Origin: an uncultured bacterium | Lineage (GTDB): Bacteria; GCA-001730085 | Length of the DNA: 64,000 nucleotides | Direction of reading: 5' to 3' | NCBI GenBank assembly: GCA_964565945.1 | Contig: CAZMGY010000021.1 | Location: 44,300 to 108,299 of the forward strand | In this document: piece by piece, positions 49,389 through 60,446 of the stretch | Layout: each line of letters starts with the position of its first letter | How positions within the stretch are numbered: position 1 is the first letter of the stretch | Program-made: the position numbers and the translations under genes | The notes under the pieces: generated by a model | Databases searched by the model: none | What the model was told of the DNA's origin: nothing | The model's input: only the letters and a program-made list of their open reading frames with translations

Positions 49389-50335
49389 GTTCGCTTAAAA
49401 CAAGGCGAACAATCGAGCTTAGAATACACCACATTAACCGTGCTGCCTAGGGGCTGTGTGAATTCTGGCAACGTCGACCCAAAAATCACAACGGTTTCTA
49501 CATCAAGGGCAGCTGAAACATGCGCCAGTCCAGAATCATTGCCAATAAAAATCCGACATAAAGCCAACAATATTTGCACTTCTTTTAAATCTGTTTGCCC
49601 ACAAAGGTTAATAAAAACGTGTTCCGATCCTCTCATCACAAACCTAGCCTTGTCGGCATCTTTCGCCATTCCTAGCAACAAAATTTTAGCATTATACTTT
49701 TTGTGAAGCTCCAAACCCAAATAGCGATATCGCTCAGGGGACCAATCCTTAGCGGGCCCATAGGCTGAACTAATACCCAAAGCCATCAGGGGTTGATCTA
49801 CCCATTGATAAATTTTTTTCAATTGAGCTTTCTTTTTTTGCTTTTCCAAACTAGGCACAGTCAACGAAAGGGATATTTTTGGAGGCTCTTTCTTGGTCCA
49901 TAAAGGAAAAGCAAGAGCCATAAAGTGACGGCTTTGGTGTTTTTGACGCTGATCTTTGGGAAAGGGCAAAGCTTTGTTCAATAAAAACCCTCGCCCTTCT
50001 TTTTGGTAACCGATACGGTAGCTTATGCTGGCACAAGCAATTAATAAGGCCGAAAAAAAAGAGTTGGGGCACAGGATAGCAAGATCAATTTTATCTTTCC
50101 TAAGCATGCGAGCCGTTAACAACAATGCTTTCAAGCGATATTTTTTATCCCATACAACAACACGATCCGCTTGGTCTTGAAACAAATAGATATCCTTCAA
50201 ATGCTTAGGCGTTAAAACAATAAGCTCCGCTTGAGGGTACATATCTCTCAGCAATCCTAAAAGAGGCCTGGCCATCACAGCATCACCCAGCCAATTAGGC
50301 ATCATTAATAAAATACGTTCTACTTTTTCCATCAC
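49292..50335 (-). CDS. ADP-heptose:LPS heptosyltransferase (GT9)
   Basis: 'LLMMPNWLGDAVMARPLL' and 'FIGNDSGLAHVSAALDVETVVIFGST' are typical of the WaaC/WaaF family. Confidence 0.75.
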   Translation of the reverse strand: MMEKVERILLMMPNWLGDAVMARPLLGLLRDMYPQAELIVLTPKHLKDIYLFQDQADRVVVWDKKYRLKALLLTARMLRKDKIDLAILCPNSFFSALLIACASISYRIGYQKEGRGFLLNKALPFPKDQRQKHQSRHFMALAFPLWTKKEPPKISLSLTVPSLEKQKKKAQLKKIYQWVDQPLMALGISSAYGPAKDWSPERYRYLGLELHKKYNAKILLLGMAKDADKARFVMRGSEHVFINLCGQTDLKEVQILLALCRIFIGNDSGLAHVSAALDVETVVIFGSTLPEFTQPLGSTVNVVYSKLDCSPCFKRTCPLGTMACMKDIRVEQVLKTVAPLMKKVVLS

Positions 50336-50499
50336 TTATGTAACCAAAACCACCTCTCTGCATCCTTTTCTCCAACGAGACGCTAAACACCTTTGTGTTA
50401 GATGCTCAATAGCCTCATCCCACTCATAGCCTTCCTGATAATCTAGAGACTCAATCTCCAGATCAAATTAAAACACATGCTGACCATACTTTATCTCGT

Positions 50500-50862
50500 T
50501 CATTGTAGAACATCACAAGAGAGACGCCCAACTTTACCGCCAAAGTTGCATGTGTCGTAAACGTTTGTGCTTTTCGCCAAAAAAAAAGTCCTCGCATCTC
50601 CATGATCTCCAGTATTTTGATCCACCACTTCTCTCACCTGAGCCACCTCTTGCACCTCATACATTACGTAACGCTTCCAAGTTGTTTGAAACTTAGCAGA
50701 ACAGCGAATCTCCCCTACAGTGATCATAAATTCTTGAAACACCGCTTGCACGGTTCGATCAATATCATGCGGATTTGGCCCCACAGGAAGATTAGATTGT
50801 CTTAAATCATTCTCCACTACCTTTTGCTCGTGAAGATAATAAACGTGACAGTATAGTCCCAA
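50500..50862 (-). CDS. hypothetical protein
   Basis: 120-aa ORF between the heptosyltransferase and waaA genes; no recognised motif. Confidence 0.25.
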   Translation of the reverse strand: MGLYCHVYYLHEQKVVENDLRQSNLPVGPNPHDIDRTVQAVFQEFMITVGEIRCSAKFQTTWKRYVMYEVQEVAQVREVVDQNTGDHGDARTFFLAKSTNVYDTCNFGGKVGRLSCDVLQ

Positions 50863-50999
50863 GACCTCTCCCTAGGATCCTCATCCACGTATAGGGCAAA
50901 CAGAAACAAACCGCTTGAACTCCCCTCAAACCAAGGTAACCTAAATAGTCAAGACAACGCATACCCCATTATAATATAAAAAAGACTGCGCTTACAGGC

Positions 51000-52289
51000 C
51001 TAATGAGGCAAGGTGCGCCTAATCACGTCGAGCGCTTGATCAATCACATGTTTATCGCGACTCACGCACGCCCAAGCGTTTTGTCCCAAAGTTTCTCTCG
51101 TTAACTCATTTTGGGCCAAGCGAAGAACAGCACCCTTAAGATCTTCACGAGAAGCAAGCTGCTCCACAGCATGGTGACGCAATAGATCTTCGACAATATC
51201 TGTGAAATTAAACATATACGGCCCACAAATGATCGCTCGACTCCAAACGGCAGCCTCCAAAGGATTTTGTCCACCATGCTTGACCCAACTCCCCCCCATC
51301 ACAACCATATCGGCCAAAGCATACAAATCAAATAAGTCTCCAATCGTATCCACCAAGCAAACATCCTTGCTCCATATCTCGGCACCACTCTGTTGACAAT
51401 CTGACAAATACGCCCAAGACAAAGACGTTTGAGCAAGCAAATATTCCACCTCAGGACATCGTTCAGGGTGACGTGGCGCCAAAATAAGCCTCCACTTTGC
51501 ATCCATCTGGTTATTTAGGTTTTCAAAAGCTGCTAGCATCACCTCATCTTCTCCAGCGTGAGTGCTTGCTGCAAGCAAAATTCGCACAGACGCCTCCTCT
51601 TTATTTTTGACCGAATACACGGGCTTTTGCTGCTCTTTGCGAGCTAGGGCCGCTTCATACTTAAAATGCCCTAAAGCAAGAACTTGCTCAGCGCAAACTC
51701 CTAAAGCCTCAAAACGCTCCTTGTCGCGAGACGTTTGCACCAAAATTATCGTCAACTTCTTGAGGAACGGACGTAAAAACCATCGACCTTTACGATAGTT
51801 TTGAAATGACCCGTCCGACAAGCGCGCGTTCATTAGAATCACGGGACAAGGCGATAAATGTAAAAGACTAGGCCAAATCTCTGTTTCCATAATCAACGTG
51901 AGTCTTGGGCTGACAATTTGATAAAATGACCTAAGAGCGAAAGGAAAATCAAGAGGAACATAAAGAACCTGTGCAATGTCTTTCAATCGCTTTTGAGCCA
52001 AGTTCTGGCCAGTTCGTGTGGTTGTAGTCACAACGAGCTGAAAAGGTGGCCAATCGGCCTTAAGACGACGAATAAGTGGCTCGGCTGCAAGGAACTCTCC
52101 CACTGAAACACAATGCACCCACAGGTTCGCTTGCCGAACAAGCTGTTGCTTAAGCGGTTCACTATACAGCCCCAAGCGCTGCTTTAAACCCGCACGATGC
52201 TTTGGACTCCTCCACAAATGAAGTGCGATCAAGGGCAAGCCCAACAAACTGATTAATTGTAAAGCAAACGAATAAACAAAAAAGACCAT
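51000..52289 (-). CDS. waaA: 3-deoxy-D-manno-octulosonic acid (Kdo) transferase
   Basis: 'LWVHCVSVGEFLAAEPLIRRL' matches the WaaA/KdtA 'HxxSxGE' N-terminal signature. Confidence 0.8.
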   Translation of the reverse strand: MVFFVYSFALQLISLLGLPLIALHLWRSPKHRAGLKQRLGLYSEPLKQQLVRQANLWVHCVSVGEFLAAEPLIRRLKADWPPFQLVVTTTTRTGQNLAQKRLKDIAQVLYVPLDFPFALRSFYQIVSPRLTLIMETEIWPSLLHLSPCPVILMNARLSDGSFQNYRKGRWFLRPFLKKLTIILVQTSRDKERFEALGVCAEQVLALGHFKYEAALARKEQQKPVYSVKNKEEASVRILLAASTHAGEDEVMLAAFENLNNQMDAKWRLILAPRHPERCPEVEYLLAQTSLSWAYLSDCQQSGAEIWSKDVCLVDTIGDLFDLYALADMVVMGGSWVKHGGQNPLEAAVWSRAIICGPYMFNFTDIVEDLLRHHAVEQLASREDLKGAVLRLAQNELTRETLGQNAWACVSRDKHVIDQALDVIRRTLPH

Positions 52290-52331
52290 ACATTACCCTC
52301 TCACAAGGTGAGCCTAATATACCAGGTTCAG

Positions 52332-52371
52332 AAAAAAAGCAACCCCAGCTTTGCAAGAAAACCAGGGTTGC
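52332..52371 (-). terminator. rho-independent terminator downstream of the outer-membrane protein gene
   Basis: On the minus-strand transcript, GCAACCCUGG...CUGGGGUUGC forms a ~10-bp stem followed by U7. Confidence 0.55.
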
Positions 52372-52404
52372 TTTAATATGTAAAGACTTTGTATTAAGTA
52401 AGTC

Positions 52405-53766
52405 TTAGAATTCAACAGTTACGCTGCTAACCAATTCGTAAGCGTCGTCAGAGTGAGCATCTGTGAACCCATTACCTGAATTAAGGAAAGATCCTTGGAA
52501 AGAGAACATTACATCTTCTGTGTAATCATAAGTCACAGAACCAATAAGTTCAACACCCAAGTTTTTTCCAGGACCATCATGGATTTTTTCATCGAAATGA
52601 GCATACACCAAGCTTACACCAGCTTCGATATCTTCGAAAGGTACGAAAGAAACAGAAGCAGTCACACCATGAATGTTTCCAGATCCACCTCTTAGATTAT
52701 CATCGATCACAGCATCTGTACGATTAGCCAATTGATCAATGAGGTTTCCAATTCCACGAACATAGTGAGTCGCAGACCAAGCTTTGTTCTTACCATCGCC
52801 AAGGTCACCATCACCAGAACGATAATCATAGTACAAGCTTACTTTTGGCTCATACTCATTGTGAAATACGTAAGAACCACCAATGATCGCAGCCCAAGCT
52901 TTGCGGTCTTCATGCACCCTGAAGATATCCTCTCCCTGATTAAAAGCCACGATTTCATTCCCAAATTGGTAAGCCAATTCAGCTTCCATATGAAGGCTTT
53001 CGTCTATCGAGACCACTGGCCCCTCAATACGAGCACCAATCGTGTGGATACCATCATCCTGAAGGTTAGATGTGCTACCTTCTTGAGTTATACGATCTTC
53101 AGCATGTTGAAAAACCCAGTATCCAGAAGCCATAACTTCGGAAGGGAATATATAGTCAACGTTGATACCGTAAAGAGTTGTGTCAGCCTCATCGGACATA
53201 CTCCCTGCACCAGTAGCAGCTTCAAAACTTTCATCGATACGAGCGATGAAGAAATCAAGCATTACCAGATCCAAGTCCAATTGAGCACGGATCGCATCGA
53301 ATCCAGACTCAAGACCATACCAAGCGTTATCCAAGCCAGAGTTAATATTAACGTTAGGAATACCATCAGCGATAACCAATCCAGATCCCCATACAATCTC
53401 TTGACGACCAATGGTCAATGTCAAAGGAGAGTATAAGAACTCAGACAATTGTACGTAAGCCAAGTCAATATCAATATCATCTTCACTAACATTGCTACCG
53501 ATGTTATCCGCACCGTCCCATTCGCGTTGATTCAAGAAACGAACGTAAGTTTTTACGTTATCTGTCAAATCAGCTTCAAAGTAAACGCGAGTTTGAGAGA
53601 AAAAAGAGTTGCCAGAAACTTTCTCCTTATCGCTCAAAGTCATCGTACTGTTTTTCAAATAAGTCGCGGTGAAATCCCCACCCACTTTAATCGACTGCGT
53701 TTCCGCAAACGCAGGCGTTGCAACGGCAAAAGCCAAAGCAACGGCACTTAGTAACATTCTTTTCAT
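52405..53766 (-). CDS. outer-membrane beta-barrel protein (porin-like)
   Basis: 453 aa; signal peptide 'LLSAVALAFAVATPAFA'; alternating-polarity strands; C-terminal '...SVTVEF' ending in Phe. Confidence 0.65.
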   Translation of the reverse strand: MKRMLLSAVALAFAVATPAFAETQSIKVGGDFTATYLKNSTMTLSDKEKVSGNSFFSQTRVYFEADLTDNVKTYVRFLNQREWDGADNIGSNVSEDDIDIDLAYVQLSEFLYSPLTLTIGRQEIVWGSGLVIADGIPNVNINSGLDNAWYGLESGFDAIRAQLDLDLVMLDFFIARIDESFEAATGAGSMSDEADTTLYGINVDYIFPSEVMASGYWVFQHAEDRITQEGSTSNLQDDGIHTIGARIEGPVVSIDESLHMEAELAYQFGNEIVAFNQGEDIFRVHEDRKAWAAIIGGSYVFHNEYEPKVSLYYDYRSGDGDLGDGKNKAWSATHYVRGIGNLIDQLANRTDAVIDDNLRGGSGNIHGVTASVSFVPFEDIEAGVSLVYAHFDEKIHDGPGKNLGVELIGSVTYDYTEDVMFSFQGSFLNSGNGFTDAHSDDAYELVSSVTVEF

Positions 53767-54091
53767 TGTCTTTACTCCTTAAAAGTAACCTCCGAACCTC
53801 CCAGTTCAAAGTATCTATCCTTAACAATCAACACCATTGCTGATTGAATATTTCAAGCACCAGGTAAAGCATTCGGCGACAAAGCGAAACTGCCTCCACC
53901 TCCCTTCTTGTCTTTTTTCGACTACTCTACGATGTTATAAGCATTTTACAAAGATCATAAGCACACATTCCTACAAGAGAAAATGTAACACGCACAACAA
54001 TTTGTGTCAACTCTTTTTTCTTTTAACTTGACAACTATTTTGGCTTCGTATTATTCTACATGCGACCTAAGCGAAAAATAGGATAAGGCTT

Positions 54092-54817
54092 ATGATCTAT
54101 TTTCTTATACCAATATACAATGATGCCAACAATATACTTAATATCATTAAGGAGTACAAACAGTTCTTTAAAAAAAAAGACAGTAGTTATCTATTGCTAT
54201 TTATCAATGACTGTAGCAGCGATAATATCAAAGATATTTTTTCCACCATTAATTCACCAAAGGTGAAATGTATCCACTTTGATCACAATCGTGGCCCAGG
54301 AGCTGTTATCAAAGACGCTATTCACTTAATTGCCCCCAAACTCAAAGACGACGATATTGTGATTGTTCGCGAAGCCGACCAAGCCAATAATGGCTCACAA
54401 ACACTGCACATGATGCTCAACAAAATGCACGAAGGCTATGATGTTGTCACTGCGTCTATCTTTGCACCTGGAGGACGTATGGTCGGAGTTCCTTTCCACC
54501 GTTTCTTAATGACACAAGTTTGCAACGCCCTCTATCGCATCTTTTTTTACGTGCGTGGCGTTAAACTTTTCACGATTTTTTTTCGAGCTTACCGCGGTCA
54601 AGTCCTCAGACAACTAGTCAAGCAAGAACCCGAAACATTTATTAGCTCCAACGGTTTTGGGTTTTCCTCGGAGTTGCTCGTTAAATGCATCCAAAATCAT
54701 TATCTGATTTGTGAAGTCCCTATCGTCCTTCGTTTGGATTTAAACCAGAAAAAAAGTACTCTCAAAATCAAAAGAACCCTTCAAGAGCATATTCGCATCA
54801 TACGGAACAACTTATGA
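54092..54817 (+). CDS. glycosyltransferase family 2 (polyprenyl-phosphate sugar transferase-like)
   Basis: 241 aa; N-terminal 'IYFLIPIYND...LLLFINDCSSDN' GT2-type fold signature; stop overlaps the next gene start. Confidence 0.5.
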   Translation: MIYFLIPIYNDANNILNIIKEYKQFFKKKDSSYLLLFINDCSSDNIKDIFSTINSPKVKCIHFDHNRGPGAVIKDAIHLIAPKLKDDDIVIVREADQANNGSQTLHMMLNKMHEGYDVVTASIFAPGGRMVGVPFHRFLMTQVCNALYRIFFYVRGVKLFTIFFRAYRGQVLRQLVKQEPETFISSNGFGFSSELLVKCIQNHYLICEVPIVLRLDLNQKKSTLKIKRTLQEHIRIIRNNL

Positions 54818-56076
54818 TTCGCTTCATATCCCTCGCCCTTATTATTCGAATAGTTCTGATCCCCATCACATTTCATGGCGATCTAATCTGGGTGCAAACA
54901 TGGCCAAGCCTCTGGGCTTTCTTTGGACACTTTGATGGGTACGGCTACATGGTTGAAAACTATGCCGAACTTTTGCAAACTTATGGCGTTTTTTATTATG
55001 GACCTTTCACCTACCTTACCATAGGTCTCTGGCAACATATCGCCCAACTGTTTGCTCCCGACATGGGCATGTGGCTCATCGATGTGCTCAATCAAACCCA
55101 GGACACACTCACATCTCAAACCCTTCTTACCACACCAACAGCCTCAATCAAATCTTTTCTGACATGGTTTAAAATCCCCTATCTTCTGGCCGATCTCACG
55201 TGCGGAGCACTCCTTTGGATCTTAGCCCCTTCGCAACGCAAAACCTCTCTCCTGCTGTGGGGACTAAATCCCGCTCTCATTTATGCCACCTACATGTTTG
55301 GTCAGCTTGATATTTTTATCGCTCTTAGTCTTCTCGGTTTTTTCTATTCTTATAAAAGAAATCGCCTCCACTTGGCCTTTATTTGCTTAGGTATCGGCTT
55401 TGCTTATAAGAATGCCACCTTGTTTGTTATCGCTCCAGCTCTTATTTTGTGTAACACCAATTTGCGAAGTTTTATTCGCTATTCGCTATGTTTTGCCATA
55501 CCGATTGTGCTAAGCACGGGTCTGTTTTGGATTCATTCACCATCTATTTTAGGCTGGCTACTGCCAGGTGTTATTCAGGACAAGCTCGTAGGTCACAACG
55601 AAGTGGAATGGGGCAAAATTATCAAGCTAGGCCTTCTGGCTTTTAACTACGGCCTTTTACTTATCCATTGTTTCCGTATTAAACTTCGCGCACCCCACGT
55701 AGATATCTATCAACAACTGATTTATACGTTCACAGCATCGTTTCTACTCGTCTATTGTTTTTTATCCGTCACGGTTCACTATTTTGTTTGGAGCTTACCT
55801 TGCCTTATCCTTTTAGCTCTCAACGAACCCAAATACACCAAATACATTTGGATTTTGACTGGATGCATGATGCTTTACAAAATCAAAAAAGCATCTATGT
55901 GCTTAGGCTTGTTTGCTCCCCTCAATCCCGAATTTTTTTATGCACTTCCAGGACTTCAAGACATCCCTGGCCCCATTACGTGGAAAAACCTCGTCAAAAT
56001 CTTTCGCGTCGGTTTTATTGTGACCAGTTTTTTTATTATGTATGAGTGCTTCAAGCCCGCACAAGCTAAGAAATAG
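54814..56076 (+). CDS. polytopic integral membrane protein (possible GT-C-type transferase)
   Basis: 420 aa, ~10 hydrophobic helices; translationally coupled to the preceding GT2 gene. Confidence 0.45.
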   Translation: MIRFISLALIIRIVLIPITFHGDLIWVQTWPSLWAFFGHFDGYGYMVENYAELLQTYGVFYYGPFTYLTIGLWQHIAQLFAPDMGMWLIDVLNQTQDTLTSQTLLTTPTASIKSFLTWFKIPYLLADLTCGALLWILAPSQRKTSLLLWGLNPALIYATYMFGQLDIFIALSLLGFFYSYKRNRLHLAFICLGIGFAYKNATLFVIAPALILCNTNLRSFIRYSLCFAIPIVLSTGLFWIHSPSILGWLLPGVIQDKLVGHNEVEWGKIIKLGLLAFNYGLLLIHCFRIKLRAPHVDIYQQLIYTFTASFLLVYCFLSVTVHYFVWSLPCLILLALNEPKYTKYIWILTGCMMLYKIKKASMCLGLFAPLNPEFFYALPGLQDIPGPITWKNLVKIFRVGFIVTSFFIMYECFKPAQAKK

Positions 56077-56683
56077 CCTCTAATTTTTGCATCAGCTCTT
56101 GCGCCGACATTTTTTTGCTGGCATCTAGCGGTTCCCCTAAAGTAATCATCACCGTAGAAAAAGGCTTAGGGATATAATGCCGATCCCATGATGAATTCAA
56201 ACGCCAGTATGACGTCAATTGGCACGACAGGGGGTAAATAGGACGCTGGAGCGCTTTGGCAAGAAAAAGCGCTCCAGGTTTTACCTGATGCGCGGGCCCG
56301 CTAGGACCATCCACCGCAATTACATAACAGGGATTATGGGCCTCTTGCTTAAGCATGTACAGCAGGGCTTTAGCACCGCCGCGAGTACTGGAACCATGAA
56401 TCGCCCTATAGCCCAAATAGTTACTGATCTTGGCAACCAGTCGCCCCTCGGGGCTTCCGCTCACAAGAGCGCCTATATCATAAAAACAGAAGGGTCCCAC
56501 CATAGAAAGGATCCGGTCATGCCATATAATAAAAACGGCCTTCGACAAAGGTCTGTTGTCCAAAAACGTTTGAGCCTCTTCACTACTCCAACGAATACGT
56601 AGCGTTCGACTCCACAACCACACAAGGAACGCTACATAAGGGGCTAATAGATGAAGGAAACATTTAAGATGAGAGTTTTTCAT
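56066..56683 (-). CDS. lysophospholipid acyltransferase-family protein (DUF374-like)
   Basis: 'VFIIWHDRIL', 'GYRAIHGSSTRGGAKAL' and 'VIAVDGPSGPAHQVKPG' resemble the DUF374 acyltransferase family often linked to lipid A genes. Confidence 0.6.
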   Translation of the reverse strand: MKNSHLKCFLHLLAPYVAFLVWLWSRTLRIRWSSEEAQTFLDNRPLSKAVFIIWHDRILSMVGPFCFYDIGALVSGSPEGRLVAKISNYLGYRAIHGSSTRGGAKALLYMLKQEAHNPCYVIAVDGPSGPAHQVKPGALFLAKALQRPIYPLSCQLTSYWRLNSSWDRHYIPKPFSTVMITLGEPLDASKKMSAQELMQKLEAIS

Positions 56684-58529
56684 GACTAACCTGCATTTGA
56701 TACATTTTTTTGTAGACCCCGTTTCGCTCGATAAGTTCTTGATGCGTTCCCCTTTCGACGACATGATGATTATCGAACACCAAAATATAGTCAGCATGTT
56801 GCACCGTCGCTAAACGATGCGCCACGACAAAAACTGTTCGTCCTTCCATCAGTAGATCAATAGCTTCTTGAACCATCCGTTCGGTCTGTATATCCAACGC
56901 CGATGTCGCTTCGTCCAAGATAAGAATCTGCGGGTTCTGATACAAGGCGCGTGCAATCGCTAATCGTTGTCGTTCTCCTCCTGAAAGTCTTATACCTCGA
57001 TCACCAATAATGGTGTAATACCCTTTATCCATCTTTTCAATGAACGAGGACGCCTTGGCTAACGCAGCCACCGATTGAACCTTTTGCTCATCCACATCAT
57101 CAGAACCATAGGCAATGTTTGCCATCACTGTATCGTGAAACATCATAACGTCTTGAGAAACTATTCCCATCAAAGAACGCAAATCTTGCAACCAGTAATC
57201 TTTGATATTATAGCCATCAATCAAAATACGTCCTTCGGCAGGGTCATAGAAACGAGGCAACAAGTTCAACAAAGAGGTTTTACCCGAACCACTCGGTCCA
57301 ACCAAGGCGATCACCTGTCCTTTGTTGACCTTAAAGTCAATATCGTGCACCACATAATCGCCTTCTTGGTAGGCCACAGCGATATTTTCAAACACAATAT
57401 CGGACTGAAACACAACGATGGGCTGAGGTTTAGCCACCTCTCGAATACGCGGTTGTTCCTTAAAAATTTCAAAAACACGATCGGCCGAAGCCAAAGCCTG
57501 TTGAATCATGCCGTAGGCTTTCCCAATTCTTTTAAAAGGCTGCAACAAGGATCCCACCACGACAATAAATAAAAAGAATTCTCCTGTCGTTAACCCTCCC
57601 GACAAAACTTCCCGCCCCCCAACAATCAAAAAGAAGACTATACTGACCCCAACCATCACTTCCATCAAAGGAGAAATCACCGCATGCCGCTTGACAATCT
57701 TCAGAGTCATGCGATAAAAACGCTTCGTTTCGTCGGTAAATTTTTGCACTTCACGCTTCTCACTGCAAAAAGCCTTCACCTCCTTCACTCCTGTTAAACC
57801 TTCTTGCAAAATACTTGTCATGCGACCTAGCTTCTCTTGACTTTGATCGCTCATACGACGAATCCTAGAACCAATGCGTATAATGGGCCAAACAAACAAG
57901 GGAAAAAGAATCAAAGCAAAAATCGCCAACCTCCAATTAAGCCACAAAGCCATCGCAGCATACATAAATACATTGAACGTATGAAACAAGATCATCGCCC
58001 ACCCCTCAGCCACCGCATGATGCACTTGAGCTGTATCGTTAGTCACACGGGTCATCAAGTGCCCCACATGCTGTTTATGAAAATAATCTAAAGATAGGCA
58101 ATGTAAATGCGCATAAACATCATCTCGAATATCTTTTACCACTTGATGACTAATGCTCTCCATGAGGTATTCTTTAAAAAACATGAATGCCCCTTTCAAA
58201 AAAAGCATCGTCATTAAAAGTATCGCTATCCAGAGCAACAACTCTTTGCAAGACTTTTGAGCCACAAAATGATCGACTCTTTGCTTAAAACTTTTTTCCA
58301 CATGTTCCAAATAAGTCCCTTTTAGAACAGCTTCGTCTTTTTCTAAATCAAAAACAACCCCATCAAAACTTTGATTCACAAACACACGATCCATCAAAGG
58401 CACCACTAAACTAATAGAACTTCCACTCATAATCGTGGTTCCTAAAATGGCAAAAATGGCCACGATTAATTTCGTCCAATGGTGACCAATATAAGTATAA
58501 ATTGGATGAATAGATCCCTTAAAATTCAT
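56664..58529 (-). CDS. msbA: lipid A export ABC transporter ATP-binding/permease protein
   Basis: N-terminal six-helix permease domain plus ABC ATPase with 'GPSGSGKT' and signature 'LSGGERQRLAIARAL...LILDEATSALD'. Confidence 0.85.
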   Translation of the reverse strand: MNFKGSIHPIYTYIGHHWTKLIVAIFAILGTTIMSGSSISLVVPLMDRVFVNQSFDGVVFDLEKDEAVLKGTYLEHVEKSFKQRVDHFVAQKSCKELLLWIAILLMTMLFLKGAFMFFKEYLMESISHQVVKDIRDDVYAHLHCLSLDYFHKQHVGHLMTRVTNDTAQVHHAVAEGWAMILFHTFNVFMYAAMALWLNWRLAIFALILFPLFVWPIIRIGSRIRRMSDQSQEKLGRMTSILQEGLTGVKEVKAFCSEKREVQKFTDETKRFYRMTLKIVKRHAVISPLMEVMVGVSIVFFLIVGGREVLSGGLTTGEFFLFIVVVGSLLQPFKRIGKAYGMIQQALASADRVFEIFKEQPRIREVAKPQPIVVFQSDIVFENIAVAYQEGDYVVHDIDFKVNKGQVIALVGPSGSGKTSLLNLLPRFYDPAEGRILIDGYNIKDYWLQDLRSLMGIVSQDVMMFHDTVMANIAYGSDDVDEQKVQSVAALAKASSFIEKMDKGYYTIIGDRGIRLSGGERQRLAIARALYQNPQILILDEATSALDIQTERMVQEAIDLLMEGRTVFVVAHRLATVQHADYILVFDNHHVVERGTHQELIERNGVYKKMYQMQVSHEKLSS

Positions 58530-59631
58530 ACAACACTTCCCTTGCCGCTCGCACATTTGCGCCTGGGGGGCCCAGTTGTTTTTTCACATCATTCATATCG
58601 GCAATCATCCGTTCGTATGTATCGCGATCTTGCACAATAGCTAAAACGTTATGAGCCATATCTTCGGCTTTTGCACGCCCCTGGATCATTTCGGGAACAA
58701 TTATCTTTTTGGCAAGGATATTCACAATGCCAATATGTTTAATTTTAAGCAAGAATTTACTCATGGCCCACGTTATCCACGTGGTTGTGTAGACAATCAC
58801 CATAGGAACGCCCAAACAAGCACATTCCAACACCGCCGTTCCCGCAGCCACAATAACCGCCGCACTTTGCTTCATCACATCATAGGCGGACGTTACAACT
58901 TTAACATGAATGCCCTCTTGGTTCATCACATTCTCAATTTCTAGTTGGCATGAGTCATTGACCGCAGGAATTACAAAAGAAAATTCTTTAGGGAAAAACC
59001 GTGTTGACTTAAGCATTTCTGGAAGATTTTTTTGAATTTCTTTCACACGACTCCCTGGCAACAAACCAATCTGCTTAGAATACGCTGGGAAGCTTCGCAA
59101 AGGTACATCTTGAAACTCTTTGCGGTCTAACAAAGGATGTCCAACAAAAACCGCTCTGTCATAGCCCCTCGTCCGATAGAACTCTTCTTCGAAGGGCAAA
59201 ATCACCAAAACTTTATCCATAAACTGCTTAATTTGTATCAAACGACTTTCGCGCCACGCCCAAATTTGAGGAGAAATATAATAGACCATCCTAATCTTCA
59301 TCAATTTTGCAATTTTGGCCACTCGCATATTAAATCCCGGGTAATCGATAAAAATAAGCGTATCGGGATTGTATTCCTTAAGCCACTTCACCGTTTGCCC
59401 CAGCAAGTGACGAAACACAACATAATGGCGCAACACTTCAACAAAACCAACAACGGCCAACGGCATCATATTGTACAGAAGTTCGCACCCAGCTTCCTTC
59501 ATTTTAGCACCACCCAAACCGACAATCCGAATATTTGGATCCTTATCTTTGAGCGAACGAATCAACGCGGCACCATGCATATCCCCAGAAGGTTCACCTG
59601 CAATGATAAAAAGGGTTTTAGAGTCACTCAC
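58519..59631 (-). CDS. lpxB: lipid-A-disaccharide synthase
   Basis: 'LFIIAGEPSGDMHGAALIRSL' N-terminal LpxB signature; start uncertain (GTG near 59631 or upstream ATG at 59679). Confidence 0.8.
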   Translation of the reverse strand: MSDSKTLFIIAGEPSGDMHGAALIRSLKDKDPNIRIVGLGGAKMKEAGCELLYNMMPLAVVGFVEVLRHYVVFRHLLGQTVKWLKEYNPDTLIFIDYPGFNMRVAKIAKLMKIRMVYYISPQIWAWRESRLIQIKQFMDKVLVILPFEEEFYRTRGYDRAVFVGHPLLDRKEFQDVPLRSFPAYSKQIGLLPGSRVKEIQKNLPEMLKSTRFFPKEFSFVIPAVNDSCQLEIENVMNQEGIHVKVVTSAYDVMKQSAAVIVAAGTAVLECACLGVPMVIVYTTTWITWAMSKFLLKIKHIGIVNILAKKIIVPEMIQGRAKAEDMAHNVLAIVQDRDTYERMIADMNDVKKQLGPPGANVRAAREVLYEF

Positions 59632-60446
59632 AATATTTTTCCTTCCGTATACCCATAAAGAAGAATACCTTTGCCACATGCCGTCTGAATAACCAGGTCT
59701 TTGTCCGCCAAAATGGTTTTCTGAGCCTCAACAGCCAAAACAGCACCCCCCGCTTGCTCCATGGTAATCAATGTATCGCAACCAATCGTCGGAACATCAA
59801 AGCGCATATCCTGATCTGGCTTACTAACTTTAATCACGACAAAACCTCGCCCCACAAGATGTCCCGCCCGTACAATGGCTTGATCCGTTCCCTCCAGGGC
59901 CTCCACCGCTATAACATTTTTTTGCTTAACAACCAAAGCCTGCCCAATATCTAAACCCGCCACTTGCTTGGCCAAAGAAAATCCAAACAGAATATCTTCA
60001 CGTTGCTCATCGGTCAAAGATAAATCAGTCATCCTTCCCCGACAAGCCATATGATCTTTAAGAAAGTGCGTTGAGTCCATAATGGAAAATCCATAAGTCT
60101 CAATTGTTCGAACAACACTTAAAAGAAGTGTATCATCCTGAAAAGAAGACGCATTTTGCAATATATTCTCTACATCTTCGTCGTGAGGAACATTATTATA
60201 AATATGAGTTTTGTGAATTTTTCCCACTAAAGTTATATGCTTCACCTGATTGAGCTTAAAAAAAAGCATGGCTTTTTTAAGCTCACCAACACTTAACCAC
60301 GTGACTTTGTCAGCAAAAGCTTCAATTTCTTCGGAAGCTTCTTCCTTAATAGCAACAACATAAACCTTAACACCTCGCATTTTAGCACTTTGCATAACAA
60401 GACGCGGCACAATACCATAGCCTGCAATCAAACCAATTTTTTTCAT
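59628..60446 (-). CDS. lpxI: UDP-2,3-diacylglucosamine hydrolase, LpxI family (DUF1009)
   Basis: 272 aa; 'IGLIAGYGIVP' N-terminus and 'DMRFDVPTIG' C-terminal block; located between lpxA and lpxB as in lpxI-containing clusters. Confidence 0.6.
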   Translation of the reverse strand: MKKIGLIAGYGIVPRLVMQSAKMRGVKVYVVAIKEEASEEIEAFADKVTWLSVGELKKAMLFFKLNQVKHITLVGKIHKTHIYNNVPHDEDVENILQNASSFQDDTLLLSVVRTIETYGFSIMDSTHFLKDHMACRGRMTDLSLTDEQREDILFGFSLAKQVAGLDIGQALVVKQKNVIAVEALEGTDQAIVRAGHLVGRGFVVIKVSKPDQDMRFDVPTIGCDTLITMEQAGGAVLAVEAQKTILADKDLVIQTACGKGILLYGYTEGKIL